This document shows positions 28,558 through 39,457 of a DNA stretch of 64,000 nt, in pieces. Source of the DNA: a virus; the IMG/VR virus record IMGVR_UViG_3300025087_000038, positions 63,008 to 127,007 of that record; one strand, given 5' to 3'. Within the stretch, counting starts at the first letter, position 1, and every line of letters starts with the position of its first letter. The notes under the pieces are model-generated. The model ran no database searches. It was not told the origin of the DNA and saw only the letters and a program-made list of their open reading frames with translations. The position numbers were made by a program, and so were the translations under genes.

Positions 28558-29385
28558 ATGGAAAAGAAATATATTTCTACACAGAAAGAGTTAGATGCTG
28601 TAATAGGCTCTAACTGGGAAGGATTGGTTATTATTAAGGATACCAAAGAAGAAATAAATATTAGAGATAATGGTAAGTGTTTGATACATGTTTCTGGGAA
28701 CGCTCAAATAGGGACTGTTTCTGGGAACGCTCAAATAGGGACTGTTTATGAGAACGCTCAAATAAGGACTGTTTATGAGAACGCTCAAATAGGGACTGTT
28801 TATGAGAACGCTCAAATAAGGACTGTTTCTGGGAACGCTCAAATAAGGACTGTTTCTGGGAACGCTCAAATAGGGACTGTTTATGAGAACGGGTTGCTTA
28901 ACGTATATTCTTCTTCGGTAACTTTGAAGAATCTTTTGGGTAATGCTATTGTAATTTGCTATGAAAAACCCAAGATTTTGAAAAAGTCTAAATCAGTAAG
29001 GATAGTAACTACTAAGAAATGTGTAGAATCTGCTTTCTCTTTACAGAAGTTTATTGATAGATACGAAATACAAGAAGAAGGAGATTTTCTTATACTGTAT
29101 AAGTCTGTTAAGAATGATTATACAGACTTTTATTCTGGGAAGATCAAATATGAAGTGGGTAAAGTAGTTGGTTGCCCTGATTGGGATCCTGATTACGAAG
29201 AAGAATGTGGCAAGGGGTTGCATTTAGCTGATTCTCCTTTATCTGCTTTGGCATTTAATGAAGGTAAAGTTTTAAAATGTAGGGTAAAGAGAAAAGATTG
29301 CAAGACTGTAAATAATCCTGAATATCCTACTAAAGTTAGATGTAAAGAGGTAGAAGTAATAGAAGAGGTAGAGTCTTTCTTTTAA
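28558..29385 (+). CDS. phage protein with 9-aa beta-helix-like repeats and conserved C-terminal domain
   Basis: (V-S/Y-G/E-NAQI-G/R-T)x7; C-terminal LYK.V...Y..G...CGKGLH...KVR. Confidence 0.7.
   Translation: MEKKYISTQKELDAVIGSNWEGLVIIKDTKEEINIRDNGKCLIHVSGNAQIGTVSGNAQIGTVYENAQIRTVYENAQIGTVYENAQIRTVSGNAQIRTVSGNAQIGTVYENGLLNVYSSSVTLKNLLGNAIVICYEKPKILKKSKSVRIVTTKKCVESAFSLQKFIDRYEIQEEGDFLILYKSVKNDYTDFYSGKIKYEVGKVVGCPDWDPDYEEECGKGLHLADSPLSALAFNEGKVLKCRVKRKDCKTVNNPEYPTKVRCKEVEVIEEVESFF
28689..28891 (+). repeat. 27-bp in-frame tandem repeat, about 7.5 copies
   Basis: unit TGTTT(C/A)TG(G/A)GAACGCTCAAATA(G/A)GGAC. Confidence 0.95.
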
Positions 29386-29563
29386 GGAGTAAGAATATGT
29401 TTTGGATTGATTCTTTGTGTTGGCTGTAGTATTTTTTATGTATGCAAAGTATCTAGAGAATAGAGAAAAGACAATTTGACAATTATTATGAATCACGAAA
29501 CCTTAGCAATGATTTATACATAGCACAGTTAAATGCGTTGACTAAGGTGTTGGATGATGAAAA

Positions 29564-30574
29564 ATGACTAAACTAGGAATGGTAATACCAACATACGGTA
29601 AACAGTGTGGTATAGCGGCCTACACGAATAACCTACTTTCGGAACTCCAGAAATTGGAAGAATTGGAAATAACTATTTTAGGTGAAGGTGTGTTTGACTA
29701 TATGCACTGCATTTACAAAGAAGGGTTAGATGTAGTACATTTTCAATTAGAGTACCAGTTTTATTCTCCTAAACGGTTAGAGATACTTTTAAAAGGAGTA
29801 AATCGGCTGGGTAAGAAAAGTGTTGTAACAATGCACACAGTTCATCTAAACGCTAAAGACCATAACTGGGTTATAAACGAGTTATCAGATTTAGTGTTGG
29901 TGCACAGTAACCGGCAAAAAGAAGAAGTAACAAAACTAATGAATAAAGTAAAGGTAGAAATAGTTACTATGGGATGCCCAAATATACAGCCAAGAGAAGG
30001 CGTAAACAGAAAGATGTTGGGATTACCAGAAGTGCCTATCATTGCAACGTTTGGCATGGGATATTTCCATAAAGGGATAAAAGAATTAGTTTTGTTGTCA
30101 AAAGAGTTTCCCGGATACCAGTTCTTGATAGTGTCTAGTAAACCGAGTCAGGATACTGGATACTTTATTCAATGTAAGGCATTGACGGAACAGTTGAAAA
30201 ACATTTTATGGGTAGAGAAATTTATACCCGAACAACAGGTAGTAGAACTGTTGTCTATGTCAGATTTGATAGTGTTACCATATCAAGAATATGGGGGTAT
30301 TGCAACCTCAGCGAGTCTTAAAACTGTTATGTGCGCTAACGCGCCAATACTTGTGTCGGATACTTGTTTTTTTGATGATGTTGACGCCGTAATGAAATTT
30401 AAAGGAAAATTAGATAAAGAGGTTATAGAAAATGTACTAGGAATAATTAAGATCCATAAAGAAATGATGGTAGGCGGAATAACCAAATGGCGAACAGAGA
30501 ATAGTTGGAGCAAGTCTGCTATGCAACATAAGAGGTATTATGAGGGGTTGGTAAATAAGGGGGTAGAAAAATGA
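29564..30574 (+). CDS. glycosyltransferase family 4 (GT-B)
   Basis: CGIAAYT, VVTMH, TFG...HKG, DLIVLPY...SAS. Confidence 0.82.
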   Translation: MTKLGMVIPTYGKQCGIAAYTNNLLSELQKLEELEITILGEGVFDYMHCIYKEGLDVVHFQLEYQFYSPKRLEILLKGVNRLGKKSVVTMHTVHLNAKDHNWVINELSDLVLVHSNRQKEEVTKLMNKVKVEIVTMGCPNIQPREGVNRKMLGLPEVPIIATFGMGYFHKGIKELVLLSKEFPGYQFLIVSSKPSQDTGYFIQCKALTEQLKNILWVEKFIPEQQVVELLSMSDLIVLPYQEYGGIATSASLKTVMCANAPILVSDTCFFDDVDAVMKFKGKLDKEVIENVLGIIKIHKEMMVGGITKWRTENSWSKSAMQHKRYYEGLVNKGVEK

Positions 30575-31514
30575 AGAAGAAAAAAGCAATAGCAACATTG
30601 AGACCATTTGAACGAACAGTTAAGGATGCGGATATTGATCCAAAACTTTCTGATATTACTAAAGATTTTGGTGATTACTATGATAAGGAAGTTGACATTA
30701 TCATGGCAGAACTCGTTAGACAGAAATGTGTTCCTAATGGAGATTGTCTTAATGATCCAATTCGTGCTGTGTTGAAAAAGAGACTTAAATCATTTTATGG
30801 GGGTGAGAAGAAGACTACAACGTTTTTGGATGTTATCAGAAAGATGCTAAGGATTAAGACAAAAGAAGAGCAACTTCACCAGGATGTCTTAGATGTTTTG
30901 AGGAGTACGCGTGAGAATAACGATGGCATAGATTATAAAGTTCCTTTGACAAAATGGCAGGAGATTAATGGTTTCGAAACGCGCGTTTTGGGGCAGGTAA
31001 GTTATCTGGAGCACTTGTTACAAGATTATTTTAAGTTGGTTGAGAACACTTTTAGAAGGCGGGGGAGGTAGAGAAATGAAGATTTACCTAAAGATAAACG
31101 ATGGACAATGGTAGGGAAATAAGTATTATGGATATTCCAGCGACTAAAAGGGAATTGTGCGAAGCACTAAAGAAACACCATATTGAAGGGCATCCAGAAC
31201 TACTAAAACTATCAATGTTTTTAGAATACCCAGGACTCTCGGAAGATTATAAGTCAAGTCTGAAGAAGGTAATAGAAAGGGGAATAGATGAAAATTAAAA
31301 ATTTAATTAAGATACTATCAACCTATGATCAGGAACTGGATGTTTGCGTTAATGGGTTTGAAGGCGGACTTTGCGATGTTAAGAAGGATCAGATTGGGAT
31401 AGTTGGAATTAATAGGAATGTTAATCCCAAGAACAACTGGTGGGATGGCCCACATGGTGTAGACATGGAAAGTGCAGATAAGGTTTTATTAATAAGTAGG
31501 TAGAAGGAGACTAC

Positions 31515-32384
31515 ATGAAAATAACAGCTAATGTAATAGTAGGAGAGAAGAACCCAGAACCATACATTTACTATGCTCTAATTAGTCTTGCAAATGTGGT
31601 GGATGGTTATGTAATAGTAAATACCGGGTCTGAGAACAATCCAAATATGGAATTAGTGTATAAGTTTGCAAAAGTATGTCCGGTACCAGTAAAGATATGC
31701 CATTTTCCGTTTACCAATTTTTCAGAAGTAAGAAATGCGGCGTTGATGGCGTCAAATACAGAATGGATTTGGCGGTTAGATTGCGATGAAGTCCATTACA
31801 AAAATGCTTTGGTAGTAAAAAGATTTATAGGTCAGGAAAATGTAGTAGGAATACGCGTATATTTTTATCATTTTATGTTAGATTACGATAATCTTGAATC
31901 CATATTTCCAAAAGTAGATTTGCTACAGGTAGATAAAAGTAGCCGGTATATGGGAGCTGTTCACGAGCAGTTTTATTCGGACTACTGGTTTAGATGTCCT
32001 AAATGTGGCGGAGAAGAAGTAAAAGGGTATAGTATAACAACTTCACCTTATGAAATCAAATGTCAGTGTGGGGGAGTTATGGAACAGGGAGTTTTATCGT
32101 CAACATCAAATAAATGGCAGAAAGGAATAATACTTGATTCTGGGTATAAGTTTGCGCATTACTCGTATGTAAGACCGCAAAACGAAACTTATGTAAAATG
32201 GGAACACTATGCCCAACTGGAAGGAAAACCTGATGCAAACAAGCAGTTAATGATAGAATGTGGTAGCGAAGACAAAATACTTGAACATAGACGATCTGCC
32301 CGGGTAAAGTTTGACGGGGCACATCCAGAAGTAATACGAGAGCATATTTACCAGTTGAAGAAAGAAGGGAAGGATAAATTTTAA
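31515..32384 (+). CDS. glycosyltransferase family 2 (GT-A) with inserted zinc ribbon
   Basis: NTGS, FSEVRN, LDCDE, VHE; inserted CPKC...CQCG. Confidence 0.75.
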   Translation: MKITANVIVGEKNPEPYIYYALISLANVVDGYVIVNTGSENNPNMELVYKFAKVCPVPVKICHFPFTNFSEVRNAALMASNTEWIWRLDCDEVHYKNALVVKRFIGQENVVGIRVYFYHFMLDYDNLESIFPKVDLLQVDKSSRYMGAVHEQFYSDYWFRCPKCGGEEVKGYSITTSPYEIKCQCGGVMEQGVLSSTSNKWQKGIILDSGYKFAHYSYVRPQNETYVKWEHYAQLEGKPDANKQLMIECGSEDKILEHRRSARVKFDGAHPEVIREHIYQLKKEGKDKF

Positions 32385-32687
32385 TGGAACCAAAATTTAA
32401 AGTAAATGATGCGGTAATTGTACCAAAGGTGTATACATTTGATGAGGCGTTGCGGTCTAGACCAAACTGGACCCATTTGTGCCCTGGAAATAATAAATTA
32501 ATGGTTAGTGATACTGGAACGGTTATAAAAATTGATTCCTTTATTGATTTAGATAAATCTGAACATAATATATACCGCGTAAAGTGGAAAAGAAAAATAA
32601 AGGGCTACGTTGCGATAGATAATGTAGAAAATGCAACGTGGGTCCAAGAAGAATTTTTGGAGTTAGAAAAGGATAAGTTTTAATGGA
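32370..32687 (+). repeat. 19-bp direct repeat AAGGATAA(A/G)TTTTAATGGA (32370-32388, 32669-32687); partial third copy TTTAATGGA at 33179-33187
   Basis: 18/19 identity; both upstream ORFs end KDKF*. Confidence 0.8.
32384..32683 (+). CDS. hypothetical SH3-like phage protein
   Basis: KFKVND.V...G.VI.I...YRV...W..EE.LE pattern. Confidence 0.5.
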   Translation: MEPKFKVNDAVIVPKVYTFDEALRSRPNWTHLCPGNNKLMVSDTGTVIKIDSFIDLDKSEHNIYRVKWKRKIKGYVAIDNVENATWVQEEFLELEKDKF

Positions 32688-33183
32688 TACAAGTAAAGAA
32701 TATATAGAGATGTGTGAGAAGGCGGGAGAGATCCAGACACCCTTCTTTGATAAGAAAGTTCTCCCAAAAGAGTATGTTTTCTTTATTAAGGAAAAAGGGA
32801 AAACCATTGTTTTTTATGATGAAGACAGAGTTATGTATCAGGACGAGGGTATTAAAGGTCCTTGGTTTATAGAAGATACTGGGGTTAACAATTTACCTAT
32901 TCCTTTTACTAAGTTTGCTGATAATGATTTTTTCTATTCATATTTAGATAAAGAATCTGGACTAAACTTTATATGGCTGCCTCGTCAAGACCAGTTGCAG
33001 GAAATGGTAAAGGATAATTATGATTGCGTTTACGATATGAATCTTGATTTTACTATGTGGTGGCAACAGATAAGCATAGCACATAAAAAAGAAATGTCCC
33101 TGGAACAACTCTGGTTAGGATTTATGATGCAAGAAAAATATAAAAAAATATGGGATGGTAAAAACTGGATAGGGGCGGTTTAA
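32683..33183 (+). CDS. conserved hypothetical phage protein
   Basis: MDTSKEYI.MCEKA.EIQ, WLPRQDQLQEM, SLEQLWL. Confidence 0.6.
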   Translation: MDTSKEYIEMCEKAGEIQTPFFDKKVLPKEYVFFIKEKGKTIVFYDEDRVMYQDEGIKGPWFIEDTGVNNLPIPFTKFADNDFFYSYLDKESGLNFIWLPRQDQLQEMVKDNYDCVYDMNLDFTMWWQQISIAHKKEMSLEQLWLGFMMQEKYKKIWDGKNWIGAV

Positions 33184-33924
33184 TGGAAACAGAGAAACAT
33201 TTTTTATGTGATTGTGGAACAGAACTTTTACAAATTTCTTATGATGATGAAACCAACGATGTTTATTTTGCCCTGTTTTGTTATGGGCACCAAGATAATA
33301 GGTTATCCTGGCCTGAAATTTTTAGATGGTGCTGGCATATGGTAACAAAACGGAAATTGTTTAATGATGAAATAGTATTTAGGAAAGAAAAGGCGCGGGA
33401 GATAGGGAAATATTTATTAGAAATAACAAAGGAGGAAGCATGAAGGAAATAAAAATGAAAAGAAGACAACCAACAGTTAAAGAATTAGAGAATATATTAG
33501 AAAGTAAAGAAGAAAAAGAAATTATTACTTTGCCCAACGGTGAAATCAGAACTCGAAGAAAATGGAGTCCATTACAAGAAAAAATAGAAGAATATTTGAC
33601 TCCAGAAATAGGGGTGGCAATAAGAGACGCTTGCGACTTGATTATAAGACTAAGGTTAGGGCAACTAAATATAGTTGCAGAAACACTAAAAAAGTATTGT
33701 AGTCTTCATCAAGAAGGAAAAGGAGTAGATATAGATGAGCCTTTGTATAAAGGAGTAGAGTTAGGGGAATACTTAATGTGTTTGGAAGAACATCCAAATT
33801 GCCTTGATGCAAAGGAGTGTTGGATTACCCGTAAAGGATTTGCAAAATGTAGGGAGGAAGAAAAAGGTTGTTGTGGCCCAATAGGACAGTTACTGGAAGG
33901 TAGGGGAAAAAGGAGAAAAACTAT

Positions 33925-34944
33925 ATGAAACGAGCTTTAATAACTGGTATAACAGGTCAGGATGGGTCTTACTTAGCAGAGTTGCTCTTAGAAAAAGGTT
34001 ACAAGGTTTATGGATTAGTAAGACGAAACAGTACAACGCCCAGTAATTTTAAACGAATTCATTCAATACTGGATAAAATAGATTTGATAGAAGGCGATTT
34101 AACAGATCAGGGATCTTTAATAGTTGCAATAAGAACTTCTAAACCGGATGAGGTGTATCATCTGGGAAGTCAAAGTTTTGTCCAGGATTCTTGGAAGGAA
34201 CCAGAGCATACAAGTAACGTAACAGGTTTAGGAACACTTAGAATGCTAGTAGCTTTACATAAAGAGAAGATGGATGCAAAATTTTATAACGCTGCGTCAA
34301 GTGAAATGTTTGGTTTGGTTCAAGCAATACCACAGAATGAGAGGACGCCATTTTATCCTAAAAGCCCTTATGGAATAGCAAAACTTTACGCATATTGGAT
34401 GACAGTAAACTATAGAGAAAGCTATAATATGTTTGCTTGTTCGGGAATACTTTTTAACCATGAATCCCCTCGAAGGGGATTCGAGTTTGTAACAAGAAAA
34501 ATAACAAGAACTGTAGCAGAAATTCATTATGGTAAACGGGACGTTTTAGTATTAGGTAACTTAGATGCTAAAAGGGACTGGGGTAGCGCAAAAGATTATG
34601 TTGAAGCAATGTATTTGATGTTGCAACAAGACAAACCCGAAGACTTCGTAATAGCAACGGGTGAAACGCATACAGTAAGAGAGTTTGTAGAAAAAGCGTT
34701 TGCAGTAGACGAAAAGAAAATAGATTGGGAAGGGTGGGGGGCCGATGAATTGGGAAGAGACTCCGCAACAGGATGGGTATTAGTAAGGGTATCGCCAGAT
34801 TTTTACAGGCCGGCAGACGTAAATCTGCTGTTGGGTGATGCAACAAAAGCAAAAAAAGAATTAGGTTGGATTCCTAAAATTTCATTTGATGATTTGGTAA
34901 AAGAAATGGTAGAGAATGATATAAGAGAAGTAGGGAATGGGTAA
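33925..34944 (+). CDS. gmd: GDP-mannose 4,6-dehydratase
   Basis: ALITGITGQDGSYLAE, SSEMFG, SPYGIAK, LFNHESPRRG.EFVTRKI, GNLDAKRDWG. Confidence 0.96.
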   Translation: MKRALITGITGQDGSYLAELLLEKGYKVYGLVRRNSTTPSNFKRIHSILDKIDLIEGDLTDQGSLIVAIRTSKPDEVYHLGSQSFVQDSWKEPEHTSNVTGLGTLRMLVALHKEKMDAKFYNAASSEMFGLVQAIPQNERTPFYPKSPYGIAKLYAYWMTVNYRESYNMFACSGILFNHESPRRGFEFVTRKITRTVAEIHYGKRDVLVLGNLDAKRDWGSAKDYVEAMYLMLQQDKPEDFVIATGETHTVREFVEKAFAVDEKKIDWEGWGADELGRDSATGWVLVRVSPDFYRPADVNLLLGDATKAKKELGWIPKISFDDLVKEMVENDIREVGNG

Positions 34945-35320
34945 AGGAGGTAACGAAATGGAAAAGAAAATAGAAGTAAAAATGGATGAACTGGAGAAGA
35001 AGATAGAAAATGTAACATTGGACGAGTTGTTGAACTACGTAAAAGAAATAGTAACAGATAAGTTTGGTGCAATAAGGGTAAGGGAAGTTTTAGCAGATGC
35101 TTTTACAAAATTAGAAGACGAAAGTATACCGGTAGATAAGATAATTCTAAGTCCACAACTTTACAAATATATTAGGAAATACTTTAAGGACGAGTTTGAT
35201 CCAAATACAGCAAGGGAACAAATAGTAAAAGGGTTTGTGGGGGTATTATGGAACGCAGAAGTTTGGGTTGAGAAGAAAGAAAATATTGGAGAAATAGTAG
35301 TAATTGGGGAAGGGAAGTAA
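34937..35320 (+). CDS. short protein resembling a fragment of an HK97-fold major capsid protein
   Basis: LADAF..LE...IPV.KIILSP..Y..IRK....FDP.T.RE....G.VG.LW.A.V resembles the capsid A-domain region. Confidence 0.45.
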   Translation: MGKGGNEMEKKIEVKMDELEKKIENVTLDELLNYVKEIVTDKFGAIRVREVLADAFTKLEDESIPVDKIILSPQLYKYIRKYFKDEFDPNTAREQIVKGFVGVLWNAEVWVEKKENIGEIVVIGEGK

Positions 35321-35323
35321 CTA

Positions 35324-35779
35324 TTGGATAAAGAAATGGCGGATAAGAACGAAGTTAGAATTTACAAAAGCGTAGAAGAAATGCTGGAAGAATTAGAAAA
35401 GGATAGGTGCTGGTATAAAGAGATACATTACTGGGTGTATAGACTATTTCAAAGTATAGGAATGGTTCCTAGTGAGATATTGTGGTTTATACAGCGGGGG
35501 AGACGGGGGTATAGCGATAGAGATATTTGGAATTTCCAATGGTACTTAGCTTGGATAATAAGTAATGGTGTAAACCAGTTAAAGGAAGAAAAAAATAGTT
35601 GCCCGGAAGATTTAACAGTAGAAGAATGGGATAATATTCTGGGTAAAATAAGTACCGGATTTAAAAATATGATAGATAGCGAAGAAAATCTTGATTTATG
35701 GGACGATAAAAAAATAATGGTAGAAATAGAAGAAGGTAAACAGTTACTGGTAAACCATTTTGAGAGTTTATGGGATTAG
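35324..35779 (+). CDS. conserved hypothetical phage protein
   Basis: WFIQRGRRGYSDRD.W, EW..IL.KI..GF, HFESLWD. Confidence 0.55.
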   Translation: MDKEMADKNEVRIYKSVEEMLEELEKDRCWYKEIHYWVYRLFQSIGMVPSEILWFIQRGRRGYSDRDIWNFQWYLAWIISNGVNQLKEEKNSCPEDLTVEEWDNILGKISTGFKNMIDSEENLDLWDDKKIMVEIEEGKQLLVNHFESLWD

Positions 35780-36039
35780 GGGGCAAAAATGATAATCAAA
35801 GGTAGATATTTAGAAGGTGGAATTTTAGACCCAATAGAAATAGATGATTCAAATATTGAATATGTTGGTGTAACCAGTTATACTGGGGGTGATAGGTATA
35901 TTAATTTTTTAATGAAGGATAGGGGTCATTACTACTCATTTTTTACTTTTCATATTTCCGGTATACCTACAGCTGTTGTAGATACAGATACTATGGATTA
36001 CATAGAGGAAGAAATAAAACAGTGGAGAAAGGGGGAAAG

Positions 36040-37272
36040 ATGAAATTTCTAAACGAAGGTAGAGTACATGTTAAGATGTGGTTAGACGATGTAGAAGATT
36101 CGGCACTAAAGCAGATAAATAATTTGGCTGATCTTCCATTTGCGTTTCATCATGTAGCAATTATGCCGGATTGCCATTCTGGGTATGGTATGCCTATCGG
36201 TGGAGTTCTTGCAACGAAAGGCGTAGTATTGCCGAATGCTGTTGGAGTTGATATTGGGTGTGGTATGTGTGCAGTAAAGACATCTTTAAGAGCAGAGCAA
36301 CTCGATAAAGAAACGCTGAAGAAAATAATGGGCAAGATACGAGAAGTTATTCCAGTAGGTAAAGATCACCAAAAAGAAAAACAAGATGACAGCTTAATGC
36401 CAAAAGGGGAATGTGATTGGGTATGGGATTATCCTGGGATATATCCAGTAGTTAGTAGGGAGTATCAATCAGTACTTCACCAGTTGGGAACTTTAGGCGG
36501 GGGCAACCACTTTATTGAAGTACAGAAAGATCAAGAAGGTTTTGTTTGGATTATGATTCATTCCGGCAGTAGAAATCTTGGTAAAAAGGTGGCGGACCAC
36601 TATAACAAAATAGCAAAAGACTTGAACGAACGGTGGTATAGCCAAATACCCCAAGAATGGGATTTGGCATTTCTTCCTATTGAAACTACAGAAGCAAAAG
36701 GCTATATGCGAGAGATGCGATATTGTGTAGATTTTGCATTAGCTAATAGGAAGTTGATGCTGCAAAAAATTATACATTGTTTTGAAACAGGTATTACCGA
36801 TAAAGCAATATTTGAAGACAAAAGTGACTATTGTTATGGAGGAGCCGAAGATCTTGAGTTAATGATAAACATAGCCCACAACTACGCTGCGTGGGAACAT
36901 CATTTTAAAGAAGATGTGATTGTTCACCGGAAAGGTGCAACGTTAGCAAGGGAAGGAACAGTAGGAATCATTCCTGGCTCACAAGGTAGTAAAAGTTACA
37001 TTGTTTGGGGGAAAGGAAATCCTGATAGTTTTATGAGTTGCTCTCATGGGGCTGGAAGAAAGATGAGCAGAAGTAAGGCGTGTGCAACATTAGTTTTACA
37101 GGAAGAAATAGAAAAACTTGATAGCCAAGGTATAGTTCATGGAATACGGCATCAGCAAGACTTGGATGAGGCTTCTGGGGCATACAAAAACATAGATGAC
37201 GTAATGGAAAACCAGAAGGACTTGGTGGAAATAGTAACCGAACTCCAGCCTTTAGCAGTAATAAAAGGGTAA
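36040..37272 (+). CDS. rtcB: RNA-splicing ligase RtcB (ORF track start 36022)
   Basis: MPDCHSGYG.PIG, VGVDIGCG, LGTLGGGNHF.E, HSGSR, HN, HRKGAT, SCSHGAGR, DE...AYK, IKG. Confidence 0.95.
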   Translation: MKFLNEGRVHVKMWLDDVEDSALKQINNLADLPFAFHHVAIMPDCHSGYGMPIGGVLATKGVVLPNAVGVDIGCGMCAVKTSLRAEQLDKETLKKIMGKIREVIPVGKDHQKEKQDDSLMPKGECDWVWDYPGIYPVVSREYQSVLHQLGTLGGGNHFIEVQKDQEGFVWIMIHSGSRNLGKKVADHYNKIAKDLNERWYSQIPQEWDLAFLPIETTEAKGYMREMRYCVDFALANRKLMLQKIIHCFETGITDKAIFEDKSDYCYGGAEDLELMINIAHNYAAWEHHFKEDVIVHRKGATLAREGTVGIIPGSQGSKSYIVWGKGNPDSFMSCSHGAGRKMSRSKACATLVLQEEIEKLDSQGIVHGIRHQQDLDEASGAYKNIDDVMENQKDLVEIVTELQPLAVIKG

Positions 37273-38413
37273 GAAAATGAAACCAGTGCGATATCCTGAT
37301 GACTGCAAGACAATTTGTAAACGGGCTGTAGATTTAGGGTATGACTGCACTTTAAAACAGGCGGAGGAACTATGGGAAGCTTATTCTGACCATGTTTGTG
37401 CTAGTTGGCTGGGAATTCACGAGGATACTACTTTAGATGTACTAGATTGCGCTATTAGGGAGTATTTTGGCAGTGAAACCTAAACAAAAAGAAATATCAA
37501 TAGAAGACTACAACAAGAAAATGGATAAATTAGCAAAAAGCAAACTATCAGTTTACAAAATACTTATAAAAATGTTAGAATATGCCGGAACAGTAAAGCT
37601 AAAGGAGATAGTAACTAAGGAGGATAACAATGGAAGAAAACGTATGGAAACTAGAAATAGAAAGAGTAAGTAACGGATACAACTTAAGAGGTAAGTTTGG
37701 GGATTCGGATATTGTTTTAACTATGGTTATAGAAGATGGTGATACAGATGAACTATATGCCTCAGAACGTCTTTTATGTGAGGTAATGGACTATTTTAAT
37801 TTATGCGGTAGTAAACACGATAAAGAGAGAATAAGAATAGTACGGGAAAAGTATGAAGGAACCGGGGTAGAAGAGGACTATGAAAAGCATCAAGAAAGTT
37901 TGTTAATGACTGGTATAGACAATCATTTAGAGGGAGAAGGTGGAAGATGAATAAGATATGGAAATTTTGTGAAGATTGCCATGTAAAATTGACTGATGAG
38001 AATAGATGGGGCGGAGACAAGTACGCTGGGTTTTGTCAAACGTGTTGGGATAAACGTATGGAAGATGATAGTGAAATAGAATGTGAAAATTGCGGTTGGC
38101 CTATGGAACAAGACCAGTCTAATCTTTGGCGGTTATATTGTCCTATTTGTAAGCAGGAAGCATGGCTTAGGTATGAAGGGATAGGAACAATAAATGAAAA
38201 AATGTGCTGAGTGTATTTCTTTTGTAAAAGAAAAAGATAGACTAGTTTGTATAGAAGATCCCATAAACATGGAAACAGAATGTTTATTACGGCACCTTCT
38301 ATGGAGGCATACCCCCAGAGAAAGGGATTTAAAATTTAAAGAAAAAACAGAAAAGTTTATGGATGAAACAATAAAGCAGATAGACGATTACAATAAGGGG
38401 GAAGACTGGAAAA

Positions 38414-39151
38414 ATGGATAAAGTAGGACTAATCTTTACAACGTTTAATGATAAAGAATTACTAGAAAAGTATCTTGATAGTCTATGGACTACAGAATAC
38501 CCTTTTGATTTAGTGGTAGTAGATTGCAATTCTACGGATGGAAGCAAAAACTTTTTTCGAAGTTGGAATTTGGATACTGTTTTAAAGATGGGACCAATGC
38601 AAAGTTGTACTGTATTGGAGCACGATGAGTACATTTCTTTACCGCAAGCTTTGAATCAAGGTATATCTGAGTGTTTGTTACCGCCTCCTGCTCCTGTTTT
38701 TAAGTTGAATAGTGGGCGTAAACCTATTGACTATATAGGTTGGTGGCATTCAGATATGAAAGTAACAGATCCAAAATGGCTGGGCAATTTAGTGGAGTAT
38801 TTGAAAACCCACCCAGATGTAGGTAGAGTAGCATCGTCAAATTTAAGAGATGGTGTAAAAGAAGAAAGGGCAGGGAATGAACTACCGTGTTTATGGACTC
38901 GGAAGTTACTAGAAGATTTAAAGGCAACAGACGGTTACTATTTTGACGAGTGTTATTTTGAATTAACCTATGAGGATTGGGATTTTCTAAGGCGGTCAAT
39001 CAATCTTGGTTACAAGTGTATGATAACGCCAACGTCAGTTGTTTGGCATGATGGGATGGGGACAAGAAGTAAACGAGACCACGGTGATGCCCATAGACGT
39101 AACGCTGCATACTACTTTAAGAAATGGGGGACGTATGATCCCCCAGTATAG
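38414..39151 (+). CDS. glycosyltransferase family 2
   Basis: VVVDCNSTDGS, NQG, HSD, FDE.Y....EDWD, VWH. Confidence 0.82.
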   Translation: MDKVGLIFTTFNDKELLEKYLDSLWTTEYPFDLVVVDCNSTDGSKNFFRSWNLDTVLKMGPMQSCTVLEHDEYISLPQALNQGISECLLPPPAPVFKLNSGRKPIDYIGWWHSDMKVTDPKWLGNLVEYLKTHPDVGRVASSNLRDGVKEERAGNELPCLWTRKLLEDLKATDGYYFDECYFELTYEDWDFLRRSINLGYKCMITPTSVVWHDGMGTRSKRDHGDAHRRNAAYYFKKWGTYDPPV

Positions 39152-39277
39152 GAGGAGATGATGAACGGAACAAAAATCCGACTCGCCATACCCACCCCTA
39201 ACTCCAGAAACAGTGGGAGATCTAATTCATAGGCGAACAGGATTATAAAAAATAATTTGTGTAGAAAAGGTAAAATT

Positions 39278-39287
39278 GTAGTATAAT
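39278..39287 (+). promoter_or_regulatory. GTAGTATAAT promoter motif
   Basis: recurrent motif; upstream AAAAAATAATTTGTGTA shared with the 52542 copy. Confidence 0.65.
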
Positions 39288-39457
39288 AATAGTGGAAAGG
39301 CGTAAGGGTATGACGCAAGAAGAATATTACAGGAAACAGGTATGTGAGTCATACGGAAAGAATTGGAAAAAAGCTGGAAAGACTCCTCCTAAAGGTGATG
39401 GTTGTGAAGAATGTATGATAAAATGGAAATGTAAAAAAGCGTGGAAGGAACTGAACA

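Noticed and set aside
28689-28891. CRISPR array
   Set aside because: Head-to-tail in-frame coding repeat without spacers
4900-38425. Shared AATGGATAAAG junctions at about 4908, 14733 and 38413
   Set aside because: Distant, short and explained by the common start/stop overlap; not counted among the junction duplications
39158-39240. C-rich intergenic stretch with possible TCGCC/GGCGA pairing
   Set aside because: Pairing is short and the stretch can be read as a 24-aa ORF after a GGAGG RBS; insufficient support
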